Below are positions 20,031 through 30,488 of a stretch of DNA of 64,000 nt, piece after piece. The position numbers and the translations under genes are program-made. This DNA is from an uncultured delta proteobacterium (lineage in GTDB: Bacteria > Desulfobacterota > RBG-13-43-22): NCBI GenBank assembly GCA_963790475.1, contig CAWBOS010000012.1, positions 544,001 through 608,000 of the forward strand, in the 5' to 3' direction. A model generated the notes under the pieces. It made no database searches, was not told the origin of the DNA, and saw only the letters and a program-made list of their open reading frames with translations. The stretch's first letter is position 1, and every line of letters begins with the position of its first letter.

Positions 20031-21668
20031 CTATGAGGCGGGGTTCGCTACTGGACCTATTTTTCCTGTCAGGCATGCAGAACCGTGGGATACTTTAGAG
20101 TTCCATACCACCTCAAACAGGATTATTTCCCCCGTCATAGGGTGGTTCCAACGCCCAAGCTCCTTTAAGTTGAGATGAAGCTGAACTTGAGAAAAATCAA
20201 TTTTATCAGCAGGCCACTGCCTCTCCGTCCATACAAAGTATTTAATTCGATTTTCTATCAAATGACGCATAAACTGATCATAATTCTCTTCATTAAACTC
20301 CCAGCAATTTTCTTTAACCGGCAGAGGACAAAAATCACCTTTATAGGACAAGTTAGCATAAAATGAGATCCACTGATGTATATTTACAGGGGTTGAAATA
20401 TAGGCTGCGCCAAGGCCGGATTTATGTTTAGCAATAGATTCACCGATCTCTTTAAAGATTATCTTGTCGAAATCCCTTGGATGTAAGTTTTTAGGTAAAG
20501 TTGATATGATAATTAATAATGCCAGAACAGAGAATGCCACGATCCTTCTTATTTCAAACCTCCTGACTAAATAAAGGAGTATAAATTCTATTCCATATCC
20601 CATAATTAATAAGGAAGGTATGATCAGGATGTACATATGACGATATTCTATCCACCACGTGCTGAGTGTCTGAATATATAGTATTAATATAGAACATAGT
20701 GATAAAACCACAAAATAACGAACTTGGATGTTGTGCTTTATGTGGTGCCATAATCCAGTAAAGCCTAGGGCATATACAAAGGCAAACAAATACAATAGGG
20801 TCTCAAGGAACCGGTTCAACAGCGTTCCTACAGCAACAAGCCAGGCATTGGTCCTGGCCGCCGAAATAAAAAATCCCAACATTTGCTGTCTATGTGAAAA
20901 TGCTTCAGTCTTAAGGGTATCGCGGAGCTGCTTATACTGAACATAAAAAAATACAAGTCTATCAATAAGTTCTTTAAAACGCAGATGTGCCGTTATGGTC
21001 CTATTGCCGGTGATAAAAATGTATAAAACGACTAGAATCATGACAAAAATAACAGGCATAGCAAAATAGATAAATTTTTTGACGCGCTCCTTCTGTTTAA
21101 CAAAAAGGAGGTACAGAAGGGAAACAACAATGAAGAGGAAAACTTCCATCCGGGCCCAGGTAGCCATCAAAAACGACAAACTACTGAAGAGCATCTGATA
21201 GGAAATGTTTTTTTCGGATGCTCTTACATAAAAGTAAAATCCCAGTATCAAAAAGAACCAGCATACAGGTTCGCGGATTATATCGACACTTGAACCTACG
21301 AAGAGCGGAAGCATTCCAAATATCAACGTGCAGAGCGCACTTATTTGGGAATCAAAGAAACGCTTCAGCAGGAAATAAAGTGGAATCAGTGTGGCGGTCC
21401 CGAAAAGGAGCGATACCAGTTTTGCTGCGAAAATCCAATCCTGAACTATCCCGTATATACCGGCAATCATAACAGGGTAATTTGCGACAAAGGAATAACC
21501 ACAGAACAAGGCCTCTTTTTGCCCATAATAGATGGCTTTTGCCTGGTGTATGTAGAGGGTTCCGTCCGGATTGACAACATAGGTGTTAGCCCAGGCTATC
21601 AACCGTATAGCGAGACCGAGTAGAACAATAAAGTAGAGGTAGTGTGAATTGGACTTGGACATCGTCAT
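20031..21668 (-). CDS. GT-C fold membrane glycosyltransferase (ArnT/PMT-like, GT39/GT83)
   Basis: IRL..NPDG..Y N-terminal loop, many TM helices, AT-rich, LPS context. Confidence 0.75.
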   Translation of the reverse strand: MTMSKSNSHYLYFIVLLGLAIRLIAWANTYVVNPDGTLYIHQAKAIYYGQKEALFCGYSFVANYPVMIAGIYGIVQDWIFAAKLVSLLFGTATLIPLYFLLKRFFDSQISALCTLIFGMLPLFVGSSVDIIREPVCWFFLILGFYFYVRASEKNISYQMLFSSLSFLMATWARMEVFLFIVVSLLYLLFVKQKERVKKFIYFAMPVIFVMILVVLYIFITGNRTITAHLRFKELIDRLVFFYVQYKQLRDTLKTEAFSHRQQMLGFFISAARTNAWLVAVGTLLNRFLETLLYLFAFVYALGFTGLWHHIKHNIQVRYFVVLSLCSILILYIQTLSTWWIEYRHMYILIIPSLLIMGYGIEFILLYLVRRFEIRRIVAFSVLALLIIISTLPKNLHPRDFDKIIFKEIGESIAKHKSGLGAAYISTPVNIHQWISFYANLSYKGDFCPLPVKENCWEFNEENYDQFMRHLIENRIKYFVWTERQWPADKIDFSQVQLHLNLKELGRWNHPMTGEIILFEVVWNSKVSHGSACLTGKIGPVANPAS

Positions 21669-21695
21669 ATTAGAACCCCATCTAATCCTTGAAAC

Positions 21696-22634
21696 TCACT
21701 CGGAGGGCATCCCGGATCGAATAGCGGGGCATCCCCGAAGGTGCCACATTAAAATCTTCAGATACACAACCAACTTCTGTCTCAGTCTTGGCCTGCAAAA
21801 GGCCGAGAAAAGAACCCCGATACCAGTCAGGAGCGTATTCACCAGCAGCCTGAGAATAACCGCGACAACCATCAAAGGATAGCTTTTCGGGAACCACTTC
21901 TTGAGATACTGATAACGAGACCGATAAAAGAGCAATCTGCTCAGCGCTTCATGTCCTACGCTTTGGCCCTGGGCGTGATAAATCTGAGCCCCCGGGATAA
22001 AGAAAACCTTCCAGCCTGCTCCTCGCATTCGACGGGCCCAATCCGTTTCTTCGAAAAAGAAAAAGAAACGTTCGTCGAGAAGACCCACGGCGTCCATGGC
22101 TTTTTTTCGAACCATCATGCAGGCGCCAATGCAGGATTCCACCTCAATCGGTGATTCATATTGGCGAATTTTACTGGGGTAGGCCTTCGGGAAGAGTATC
22201 CTGAGCAACGTCTCGTTGGTGAGCAGCAACAAAGGCGATGGTAAATTGGCAATCGAATTCTGCCTGGTCCCATCGAGGTTTAGCAACTGGCCGCAGACTA
22301 TACCTGCTTCCGAAGTATTCTCCATAAATAGGAATAGCTCCTGCACAGCGCCTTCCGTCACCACAACATCCGTATTGATCAACAGGGCATATCGTCCCTT
22401 GATCTGTCTGAGTGCCCGGTTATTGGCGGCTGCGAATCCGAGATTACGGGAGTTCCGAATCACTTGGATCTCTGGGAACCGGTCTTCGGCCGCTGTTACA
22501 CTGCCATCTGTGGAAGCATTGTCCACCAGCCATATTTCAAAACGGAGGGCGCGGATGGTTTCGTATACCGAGGTCAGGCATTTCAGCAGGAGCTCTCTGG
22601 TATTCCAATTGACAATCACAACGGAAAGGTCCAT
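21696..22634 (-). CDS. GT2 glycosyltransferase (WbbL-like)
   Basis: DLSVVIVNWN, VDNASTDGS, NLGFAAANN, INTD, FFEETDW. Confidence 0.9.
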   Translation of the reverse strand: MDLSVVIVNWNTRELLLKCLTSVYETIRALRFEIWLVDNASTDGSVTAAEDRFPEIQVIRNSRNLGFAAANNRALRQIKGRYALLINTDVVVTEGAVQELFLFMENTSEAGIVCGQLLNLDGTRQNSIANLPSPLLLLTNETLLRILFPKAYPSKIRQYESPIEVESCIGACMMVRKKAMDAVGLLDERFFFFFEETDWARRMRGAGWKVFFIPGAQIYHAQGQSVGHEALSRLLFYRSRYQYLKKWFPKSYPLMVVAVILRLLVNTLLTGIGVLFSAFCRPRLRQKLVVYLKILMWHLRGCPAIRSGMPSE

Positions 22635-23144
22635 GCCACTCTCTGTAAATTGCAATTCTCTCTTTTTTGTCTTTTTTCTTGCCAAATTGTGAATGGGAAA
22701 AAGCTTCCTGTACCTTTTTGAATAAGTTGAGACTATGTGTTTTTCCCGCCTTGGCTTACCCCGGTATCCCTGTTACCTCATCCAGGATTCGAAAGATCTC
22801 CTGATCGTTCCGCTCAACGGTTATTCACATGACAGTCATACTTGAATTCTACTCCGGGAACCTCATTGGGGCCAGAAGGCCAGGATTAGATTAGAGGCCA
22901 AAGCGACCCCCAATTTTGCGGGTTCCTGCGAAAGTAAATGAGAAAGGACCTACACGAGAATTCGTTCGGTTAATATCCTCCTTTGAGTCGTTGTCAATTA
23001 ACAACAAAGTGCTTATCCTCAGGCGGCCGTCCGGTGTCTGTTTGGCAACAGAAACATTGATGATATGCCCGGGTCATTGGAAGATTGTCCGGAACAGGGA
23101 TACCGAAGAATATTCGAATCATCGGTCATCGGCTAATCCCACAA

Positions 23145-23390
23145 GCTCTTGATAAGAAGCTGCTTTTTCATGGGAAGAGTATAGAGAAAGGGAAAGATGG
23201 GGTCAAGAAGAAAAGTAGGGACAATGACAAGGGATGTAAGGCGTTTTCTATAGACAGTTGAGAATATACAAGATTGGAATTTGCAGATACAAGGCGAGAA
23301 CAGAAAAGGATGGCTAACTCTCCAATTTTTGACAGATTTTTCCTTTTGAATCCTTATCTTTTCTTGCCTCAAAGGGTTGATGGATCTCAG
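23145..23390 (-). repeat. Diverged ~200-bp repeat, copy 1: sigma70 promoter with leaderless ATG
   Basis: TTGACC(23201-06)-17-TATACT(23178-83)-6nt-ATG; colinear similarity to 27815-28020. Confidence 0.7.
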
Positions 23391-23754
23391 AAAATTCTGA
23401 AATCCTGATTAACGAAAGGAAGCTGAGAGCCGGAGTAATCCATCTGCAGTTCAAGGATGGTTTGGGTAAGGGATCTGTGAGGCGTTTGCCATAAACCCAA
23501 AATGTAAAAAAATAAGGAACCTACGACAGAGGGAAATATTTCTCAGGATTTTAAAGATACTGAAAATAAAATGCCTATGAGAGACGGGTTAAAGGACTTT
23601 TTGACAAAGCCATTACATTTTTAATTTGATAAAGGAATCAACCTGCATCACAGAAGAGGCATCGCCTGCTTGGCTGAGCTGAACCACTGCCTTGCCCTTG
23701 GGACAAGCAATCATTTATAAAGGTTCTTGACGAACAGCCTTTTTTACTCTTTTT

Positions 23755-24792
23755 TCAAAAAGATTGTTTAAGTCCCTTCTCGACCGCATGGAAAACGAGC
23801 TCCGGTGTAATCTCATACATGCACTTGCGATCCGCGCACTCTTTCTTAAAGCATGGGCTACAGGGCACGCCCGTCCGTACCACTATATGGCCCGGGCCAT
23901 AAGGACCAGTCCGGTCTGGAGCCGTAGGGCCGAACAAAGCCACCACTGGTGTTCCCATCGCCGCGGCCAGATGCATAGGCCCTGTATCCGTGGATATGAC
24001 CAGAGCACACCGTTTGAAAAGCGCAGCCAACTCAAGAAGATCCAAGCGACCGCAAAAGTTTACCGGCGAAGGAGACACTTGAGCGGTGATCTCTTCTACG
24101 GAAGCCAGATCCTGCTCACCTCCGGTAAAAACCACCCCTACCCCCAGTTCCTTTGCCAGACGATCGGCCAATTCGCTAAACGATTGAGACTTCCAAAGTT
24201 TGGTCGGCCAGAGAGCCATAGGGTGCACTGCCACCACTCTCCTGCCGTTCAATCCCACCTCCTTAAACAGTTGATCCACACGTTCCACATGGGTTGGGGT
24301 CACCGGCACCGGGAAATGGAGTTGCCCATCATAGTTCCCAAGGTATCGTACTAATTCCAAGTAACGGTCTACCGCGTGCAGAGTGAAGTCTTCCGGCCCT
24401 ATTTTTTCATTCAAAGGCAGATAAGCCAGTTCCTTGGTGGAACCGAATCCAACTTTTCGGGGACTTCGGGCTACAGCCACCCAAAAAGCGCTTTTAAAGA
24501 GATTCTGTAAATCCAGTATGAGATCATAACGTTCGGCCCTCACCATACCGAAAAAATCCCAGAATTCTCTCAGGGCTGAGATTTTCCCTTCTTTTAGGCC
24601 GCGTATCCAGCTTTTTCGGCGACAGATCAAGACCCGGTCCAGCAATGGATGATCCTGAAGCAACCCTGCTGCCGCTTCCTCAACCAGCCAGTGTATACTG
24701 CTATTGGGATACAACCTCTTAAGAGCCGAAAGTACAGGCAGCGAATGAACCACATCACCTATGGCACTCAATTTAATGATCAGTATGCGCAT
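23755..24792 (-). CDS. waaC: LPS heptosyltransferase I-like (GT9)
   Basis: MRILIIKLSAIGDVVH, WPTKLW, DTGPMHLAAA, LFGPT. Confidence 0.75.
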   Translation of the reverse strand: MRILIIKLSAIGDVVHSLPVLSALKRLYPNSSIHWLVEEAAAGLLQDHPLLDRVLICRRKSWIRGLKEGKISALREFWDFFGMVRAERYDLILDLQNLFKSAFWVAVARSPRKVGFGSTKELAYLPLNEKIGPEDFTLHAVDRYLELVRYLGNYDGQLHFPVPVTPTHVERVDQLFKEVGLNGRRVVAVHPMALWPTKLWKSQSFSELADRLAKELGVGVVFTGGEQDLASVEEITAQVSPSPVNFCGRLDLLELAALFKRCALVISTDTGPMHLAAAMGTPVVALFGPTAPDRTGPYGPGHIVVRTGVPCSPCFKKECADRKCMYEITPELVFHAVEKGLKQSF

Positions 24793-24936
24793 TTCACTGG
24801 CCACATTTAAATCCTTCAAGTGATTCGGTTGGCTTCCACTTTATAAGACTGGCCGCCTTCGGCGAGGCGAGAAATTATTAGTAGGCGAGCTACAGGTTTT
24901 ATATAACCCACTTGTTGGTTATGCGTACCGTCTGGA

Positions 24937-25998
24937 TCAGGGAACACCGCTCTCTTCATGACCATAGGTCTCTAACATCTGGCAGGCGGCTTCAAATACC
25001 TCCTCAACGGTTATGCCTTCCATACACCTATGATCAATAGGGCAGCGAACCTTTAAACAGGGAGCGCAGGTTGTTTGGTGAAAGATCATAGTGGCCTTAG
25101 AATTCCGGGGGCCGGTGCTGATCTGGTCGGTCGGCCCGAAAATTGCCAGTTGGGGCTTAGAAAGGGCGGCCGCCATGTGCATGAGGCCGGAGTCGTTGCT
25201 GATGAACAGGGTGGCCTGCTTAATCCAGGCAGCGGCCTCCAGGAGGCTGGTTGCCCCGCACAAGTTCACTGCCGCATCCTTACTTACTGACTGAACGATA
25301 GCGTCACCGACAACCTTCTCTTTGACGCTCCCCAGAATGACCAAGCCTGCTCCAAAATGCCGGACGATCTCTGCCGCCAATAAACTATACCGTTTTCCGG
25401 GCCACATTTTGGCGGAACCATACGTGGCCCCTGGGGCGAGAACAATCAAAGGCTTACTCTGGTATCCCAATTCCTTAAGGCGCAAATTTATCTGTGCTGT
25501 ATATTCATCCGGCACGTGGAGAAACATATCCAGGTCAGGCGCTTCCAGACCTAGACCCTTCACCATGGCCAAATAATACCGGGTCTGATGCATTTTTTTA
25601 TATTCGGGACGCATGGCCACGGCATGGGTAAGTAACAGGCCACGCACATCGGTATCGTATCCGGCACGCCGAGAGATCCGTGCCCACCAGACCAGCAAAG
25701 CAGCCTCAAAGGCGTTTTGCAGCAGTATCGAAAGATCAAATTTTCGTTCCCTAAGTTCCTTTACAAGCGCTATCTTTCCCTGAATGCCCTTATGCCGTCC
25801 TTCGCGGAAATAGGGAATGACCTCGTCTATATGAGGGTTATGGGTAAAGATGTCCATGACCCAGGGCACTACCAGCATGGAAATGCGGGCTTCAGGGAAA
25901 TTGTGACGGATGGCTGCCACAGCAGGAGTGGTCATGAGTGCGTCGCCAACCCAGTTTGTGCCGCGAATCAGGATCGTCCTAATGCAGTTCGTATCCAT
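24937..25998 (-). CDS. waaF: LPS heptosyltransferase II
   Basis: RGTNWVGDALM, PGATYGSAKMW, NDSGLMHMAAA. Confidence 0.9.
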   Translation of the reverse strand: MDTNCIRTILIRGTNWVGDALMTTPAVAAIRHNFPEARISMLVVPWVMDIFTHNPHIDEVIPYFREGRHKGIQGKIALVKELRERKFDLSILLQNAFEAALLVWWARISRRAGYDTDVRGLLLTHAVAMRPEYKKMHQTRYYLAMVKGLGLEAPDLDMFLHVPDEYTAQINLRLKELGYQSKPLIVLAPGATYGSAKMWPGKRYSLLAAEIVRHFGAGLVILGSVKEKVVGDAIVQSVSKDAAVNLCGATSLLEAAAWIKQATLFISNDSGLMHMAAALSKPQLAIFGPTDQISTGPRNSKATMIFHQTTCAPCLKVRCPIDHRCMEGITVEEVFEAACQMLETYGHEESGVP

Positions 25999-26225
25999 GG
26001 GTGCTTGAAGATTTTTGGTTACTGGTTTGGTTTTTGATTCCTGGTTATAAATGGTATAGTTCCCGTTTCCATCTCTGCTGGAACCACAGCCTTTGTTCAG
26101 GATAAGTCCGGACCATCTCTTCGGTCACCCAAACAAAGGTGAGTGGGTCGTCCTCGAGCAGACCAGAGTTGCCAGCGAACTGCGGGCCACCCTTCAATCG
26201 ATCGCCCATAGTCATCCAGACACCA

Positions 26226-27509
26226 TTAGTTCAGATACTTTTCCAGACAACGGAGATAATTTTGAAGAGCCCCACGGTTGGTTCGCCATACTTCGTAGGC
26301 TTTTTCACCAGTCCGTTCGGCAAGGGGGCGACTGTCCAGCAAGGATTTCCATGCCAGGTAGAGCTCATCTTGATTCGATACGATCATCCCTCCGCCCGCC
26401 TCCACAATCAGCTCGGCCATTTCTTGAAAGTCTTCCATATAAGGGCCAAATATTACCGGCTTCTTCTGCGCCGCAGGTTCCAAAAGATTGTGCCCCCCTT
26501 CCTGAACCATACTCCCGCCCACAAAGGCTAATTCTCCTACCGCATACAGACGACCCAGTTCTCCTATTCTGTCGGCTACGATAACCTGATCGGCTGGATC
26601 AACGGGATCCGAGAGCTTTCGGCACCTTAATCCCATTGCAACGGCTAAACTGTGGACCTTCTCAAACCGCTCCGGGTTTCGTGGCGCCGCTATCAGGGCT
26701 GCGTCAGGGAAATCCTGGAGCAACCGGGAATAAGCACCGAAAATGATCTCTTCCTCTCCTGTATGGGTACTGCCTGCCACCAGAACACGTTTGCTGGGGT
26801 TGCGCCATCCCAGTGAATAGAGTATCTTGTCCCGTTCCGGCTGTTCAACATAACGATGCTCCTGATCAAACTTAAGGTTTCCGCCCACAAATACCTTATC
26901 CTGCGGCGCCCCCATTTCCACCATTCTGTGCGCATACACGGGGGCCTGCATACCGATCGCCTGGAAGCAAAAAAGAACTCGCTTCATAAAAAAACGAAAG
27001 GGGCGATAACGCTTAAATGAGCCTAAGGACATTCGCCCGTTTACCAGAACCGCCGGGATGTTCTTTGTTTCAAGCGTCCTCAGAAAATTAGGCCATATAT
27101 CCGTCTCGATAAGCACAAAAAGACAGGGCCTGATTTCTCCCAGAGTTTTCCTCACAACGAAGAATAAATCCAGTGGAAAATAGAGCGTACAGGCTACCAT
27201 GCCCCCCAATTCCTTCAAGGCCATGCTCTGGCCCGTTTCTGTTGAGGTGCTGAAAATCAAAGGAATTTTTGGAAAACGCTCGGCCAGGGCCTTGACCAAA
27301 GATACCGCAGAAAGAGTCTCTCCCACCGATAAGGCGTGTATCCAGATGGGCCGTGAGTCTTCTTTCCCAGACCGGTAGTTTTTACCTGTCAGGCCCAACC
27401 GCTCTTTGAAAGAGCGACGATACTTTCCGCTCCATAGCATGCGTAACGCCAGAAGAGGAAGGACTAGGGAAAAAACCCCGACAAAGCAAATATTATAGAC
27501 AAGGTACAT
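26226..27509 (-). CDS. waaA: Kdo transferase
   Basis: IWIHALSVGE, ETDIWPN, GNLKFD, AGSTH, GGHNLLEPA. Confidence 0.95.
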   Translation of the reverse strand: MYLVYNICFVGVFSLVLPLLALRMLWSGKYRRSFKERLGLTGKNYRSGKEDSRPIWIHALSVGETLSAVSLVKALAERFPKIPLIFSTSTETGQSMALKELGGMVACTLYFPLDLFFVVRKTLGEIRPCLFVLIETDIWPNFLRTLETKNIPAVLVNGRMSLGSFKRYRPFRFFMKRVLFCFQAIGMQAPVYAHRMVEMGAPQDKVFVGGNLKFDQEHRYVEQPERDKILYSLGWRNPSKRVLVAGSTHTGEEEIIFGAYSRLLQDFPDAALIAAPRNPERFEKVHSLAVAMGLRCRKLSDPVDPADQVIVADRIGELGRLYAVGELAFVGGSMVQEGGHNLLEPAAQKKPVIFGPYMEDFQEMAELIVEAGGGMIVSNQDELYLAWKSLLDSRPLAERTGEKAYEVWRTNRGALQNYLRCLEKYLN

Positions 27510-27725
27510 GTAATCTGCAGAAGTGTTTTATTTCTTTTTATGAAGACAGCAAAGGATGTTCATGCCGGAACAAAATAGGCTTACTGGTCCTGCTTGAACT
27601 GCCTCTGGCAATGTTTGTAATATTCACTCCGCTGCTAAAAGCTGGTCACACCTGACTTCCTTCACCTTTGTCCATCGGAAAATCAATAATTCGGGCAGCA
27701 TTTCGAACTGGGGGAGAGATGATGT

Positions 27726-27841
27726 GCAATCATTGACGCCTACAATAGCCCAGATTTCACCCGCTTTACTTTCCAGATTGATTTGGCGAAAAGCGGGTTT
27801 CTCATCGTAGTTAAATATTTGATATGAAGTTGTTCTTTCAT
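27726..27841 (-). pseudogene. 5' remnant of an ABC-transporter ATPase gene
   Basis: MKEQLHIKYL, then in a shifted frame NYDEKPAFRQINLESKAGEIWAIVGVND, stopping at a broken Walker A. Confidence 0.55.
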
Positions 27842-28020
27842 GAAAAGAGTATAAGGTAAGGGAAAAACAGGGTCAAGAAGAAAAACAGAACCACCGGCAA
27901 AGGGTTAGAGCGTTTTCTATAGAAGATGAGACTATATATACAAAGAGAGCAGAATCCCCCTTTTTACAGATTTTTTCTTTTAAATCCTGATCTTCCCTTA
28001 CCACAGGGTTGGGTGATCCT
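27815..28020 (-). repeat. Diverged ~200-bp repeat, copy 2
   Basis: TTGACC(27871-76)-17-TATACT(27848-53)-6nt-ATG; shared blocks GGTCAAGAAGAAAA, GCGTTTTCTATAGA, ACAGATTTTT. Confidence 0.7.
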
Positions 28021-28072
28021 AATAAACCCCGAGGCCCTATTTGCAGTTATGATGTGTATCCCTACGATAACA

Positions 28073-28983
28073 TCAAATTCCTCGAGCTTTATGATCTTTT
28101 TTGGAAAATAAATAATTTATTGTGTTTTTCCCTTGATAGCTTTTTAGAATAAAAAAAACAGAACAAAGGATGAAGAAGGTTAAAGGGACATCCGTTACCC
28201 CCAAATGGGAATCCCTCAAATGTAAATAGGCAAAGGCAAATAAAAAGGAAGAAGTAAGAGCTACTTTTTTATCAAAATAGATTTTTGCCAATTTATAGAT
28301 AACAAGGATTGACAGGGTGCCCAAAAAGGCTGAAAATGCCCAATCTAAAAGTAATATGTGGACAAATCTTGGTAGGCAATTCTGTAGTCCGGTATAGTTA
28401 CCTGTAGGCCTTTCATATTCTGGAAAAAAAGATATATTTTGAAAACAGCATAAAGAAGATACATATATAAGGTAGGATATCGAAAGAATTCTGGATTGAA
28501 ATCAACTTGGAAAAACTTAAGAGAAGTATTTACAATAACTTCTTCATCGGGACGGCTAAATGTCCCAGGCAGTCCAAAGGTTATTCCCCAGTATCGGACA
28601 ATCGCACCTAAAAACAATACTACCAACAACCGATAATCAAAATGGCGGATTTGTTTTTTCACGAAGCGGATTAACCCTGGTTTAAAGCTCCCGGAGGGAA
28701 GGATGGATTTTAGAGGATAATTTTTTAAACCTCGGTGTAGGAAATCCAAGACCCCAAGTGAAATACCTGCCAAAATCAACGAAAATGAGATCCGGATCGG
28801 GTCGGTTAGGGTAACAAAAGTAAATTTAAAACCCAAGAAAGTTGTCCTGATCGGAACTACCCCAAAAAACAAAATGATACTAACCCATAAATAACTGACC
28901 CCCAGAAAAAGAAGAACCAGGTATGCTTTATTCAACCGATTATGGGGTTTCATGCTCAAGGCTCCAAAGAAGTCGCCATTCAA
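28073..28983 (-). pseudogene. Frameshifted, truncated GT-C (ArnT/PMT-like) glycosyltransferase
   Basis: RYWGITFGLP..RPDE..FFRYPTLY; stop at 28345; continues in another frame (GTLSILVIYKL..SHLGVTDVP), then ends. Confidence 0.75.
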
Positions 28984-29144
28984 TTCATTCGAGGACTTTT
29001 GGGCCCTCGGCAGTTAGAGATGGACCGGGTTTGGATTTCGGAAAAATCGCTCGATAACCAAGAGCCTTAGATATCCGGAGAATTCCCCTGGTCAGTCCTT
29101 TTCGGGAGGGTATGCCCCATTGGTTACCTCTCTGCAATGGAGGT

Positions 29145-29327
29145 TTACTCTTTACCGGTAACCAGCGGTTTGGCCTCTTCAATCAGCATGATCGGAATCT
29201 CATCCTTGATTTCATAGATCAGCCGGCACTTTTCACAGATCAGGCCGTCTTTGGCCTCGTTCAGATAGATATCCCCTTTGCACTTGGGACAAGCCAGGAT
29301 TTCCAAAAGTTCTTGACTGATAGCCAT
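29145..29327 (-). CDS. Trm112-family (YcaR-like) protein
   Basis: LLEILACPKCKG..LICEKC..YEIKDEIPIML; AGGAGG RBS. Confidence 0.92.
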   Translation of the reverse strand: MAISQELLEILACPKCKGDIYLNEAKDGLICEKCRLIYEIKDEIPIMLIEEAKPLVTGKE

Positions 29328-29499
29328 AGTCAATCCTCCTTCATAAACTCTTTTTGTTGATTAAAACCCAATTCTGTTCGCCAAAAATCAGGGCACGAAA
29401 AACCCAAATCGGAATCAGAGGAAAAACCGTGTCCCAATATCAACTACTAAAGATTAAAGCCGAATAATTGATAGGATAGAGACAGGTTTATCCTTCTCC

Positions 29500-30391
29500 T
29501 CAACTTTGTAGTCTCGGCCAAGGTTGATACGGCCGTGTCTTCCAGCGTTTATGGACCCAGAAATAATGGTCCGGGTACTGCCGGGCCATGGCCTCAATCA
29601 CCTGGTTATACTGGGCCGTATTCTCTTCAATTTCCTTGGTTCGATCCCCGAAAGACAACCAGGGCAGGGCCGGTTGGAATTCAACCAGATACCGTCCCCC
29701 CCCCTGATGGACGATGAAAGCCGGCACCACCGGGACCTGGGTTTTTCTAACCAGCAAGGCCAGGCCTTTATTGGTACAGGCCCTTTTATTGAAAAAAGGG
29801 CACAAAGACTCCGTCGTACCAATCGACATTTTGATCCATTAGAATCCCAATGTTGCCCCCTTGCCTTAAAACCTGAATCAACCGCCTCATAGATTTTTCT
29901 TTGGGGATACATTGATTGCCACTGACCCCCCTGAGGGTCTGGACCAATCTTTCGATCGGTTTGAATTTCATGGACGTGCTCACTAGATGGACGGGATAAA
30001 AAAAATAGCCAAAACTGATGGCCATAAGTTCCCAACAACCAAAGTGCCCGGTCAATAAAACCACGCCCTTGTTTTGGGCCTTGGCCTGCTCGACATGATG
30101 CATCCCTTTAAATTCAACATAGGCGGCCAGTTTTCTTTTATCAACCCGTATCAGATAACAGACCTCAAGAAAATGACGGCCCAGAAATTGAAAGCTTTTT
30201 TTGGCCAAGGACTTACGTTCTTCGACCCTCAGTTGATCTCCAAAGGCAATGGCCAGGTTATTGATTGCGACTTCTCTTCTTTCTTTTAATATTCGATATA
30301 GTACCCATCCCATAAAGTCCCCCAAACGGAGACCCAGGGACCGGGGGATCAAAGAGAGAAGGTAAACCAGACTATAAAGTATCAGGTACAT
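29500..30391 (-). CDS. lpxL: Lipid A late acyltransferase (LpxL/HtrB family), +1 frameshift in a T6 run
   Basis: HFGCWE, ILMDQN, YFWVHKRWK; removing one base from the 29792-29797 run gives VPFFNKRACT. Confidence 0.85.
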
Positions 30392-30488
30392 AGGAACAAA
30401 ATCTCTCTTTTCTTTCTCACTTAGGCCCCCACTCCATTGGGAGACCTGATCAGAATCTTGTTCATCCCCCGAATGGATTTCTCGTGCC

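Noticed and set aside
22700-23140. Possible antitoxin or transposase remnants in the intergenic gap
   Set aside because: Only short peptide resemblances; no coherent frame
24830-24935. REP-like CGCCTTCGGCG hairpin or attC
   Set aside because: Single short palindrome without R/L box architecture
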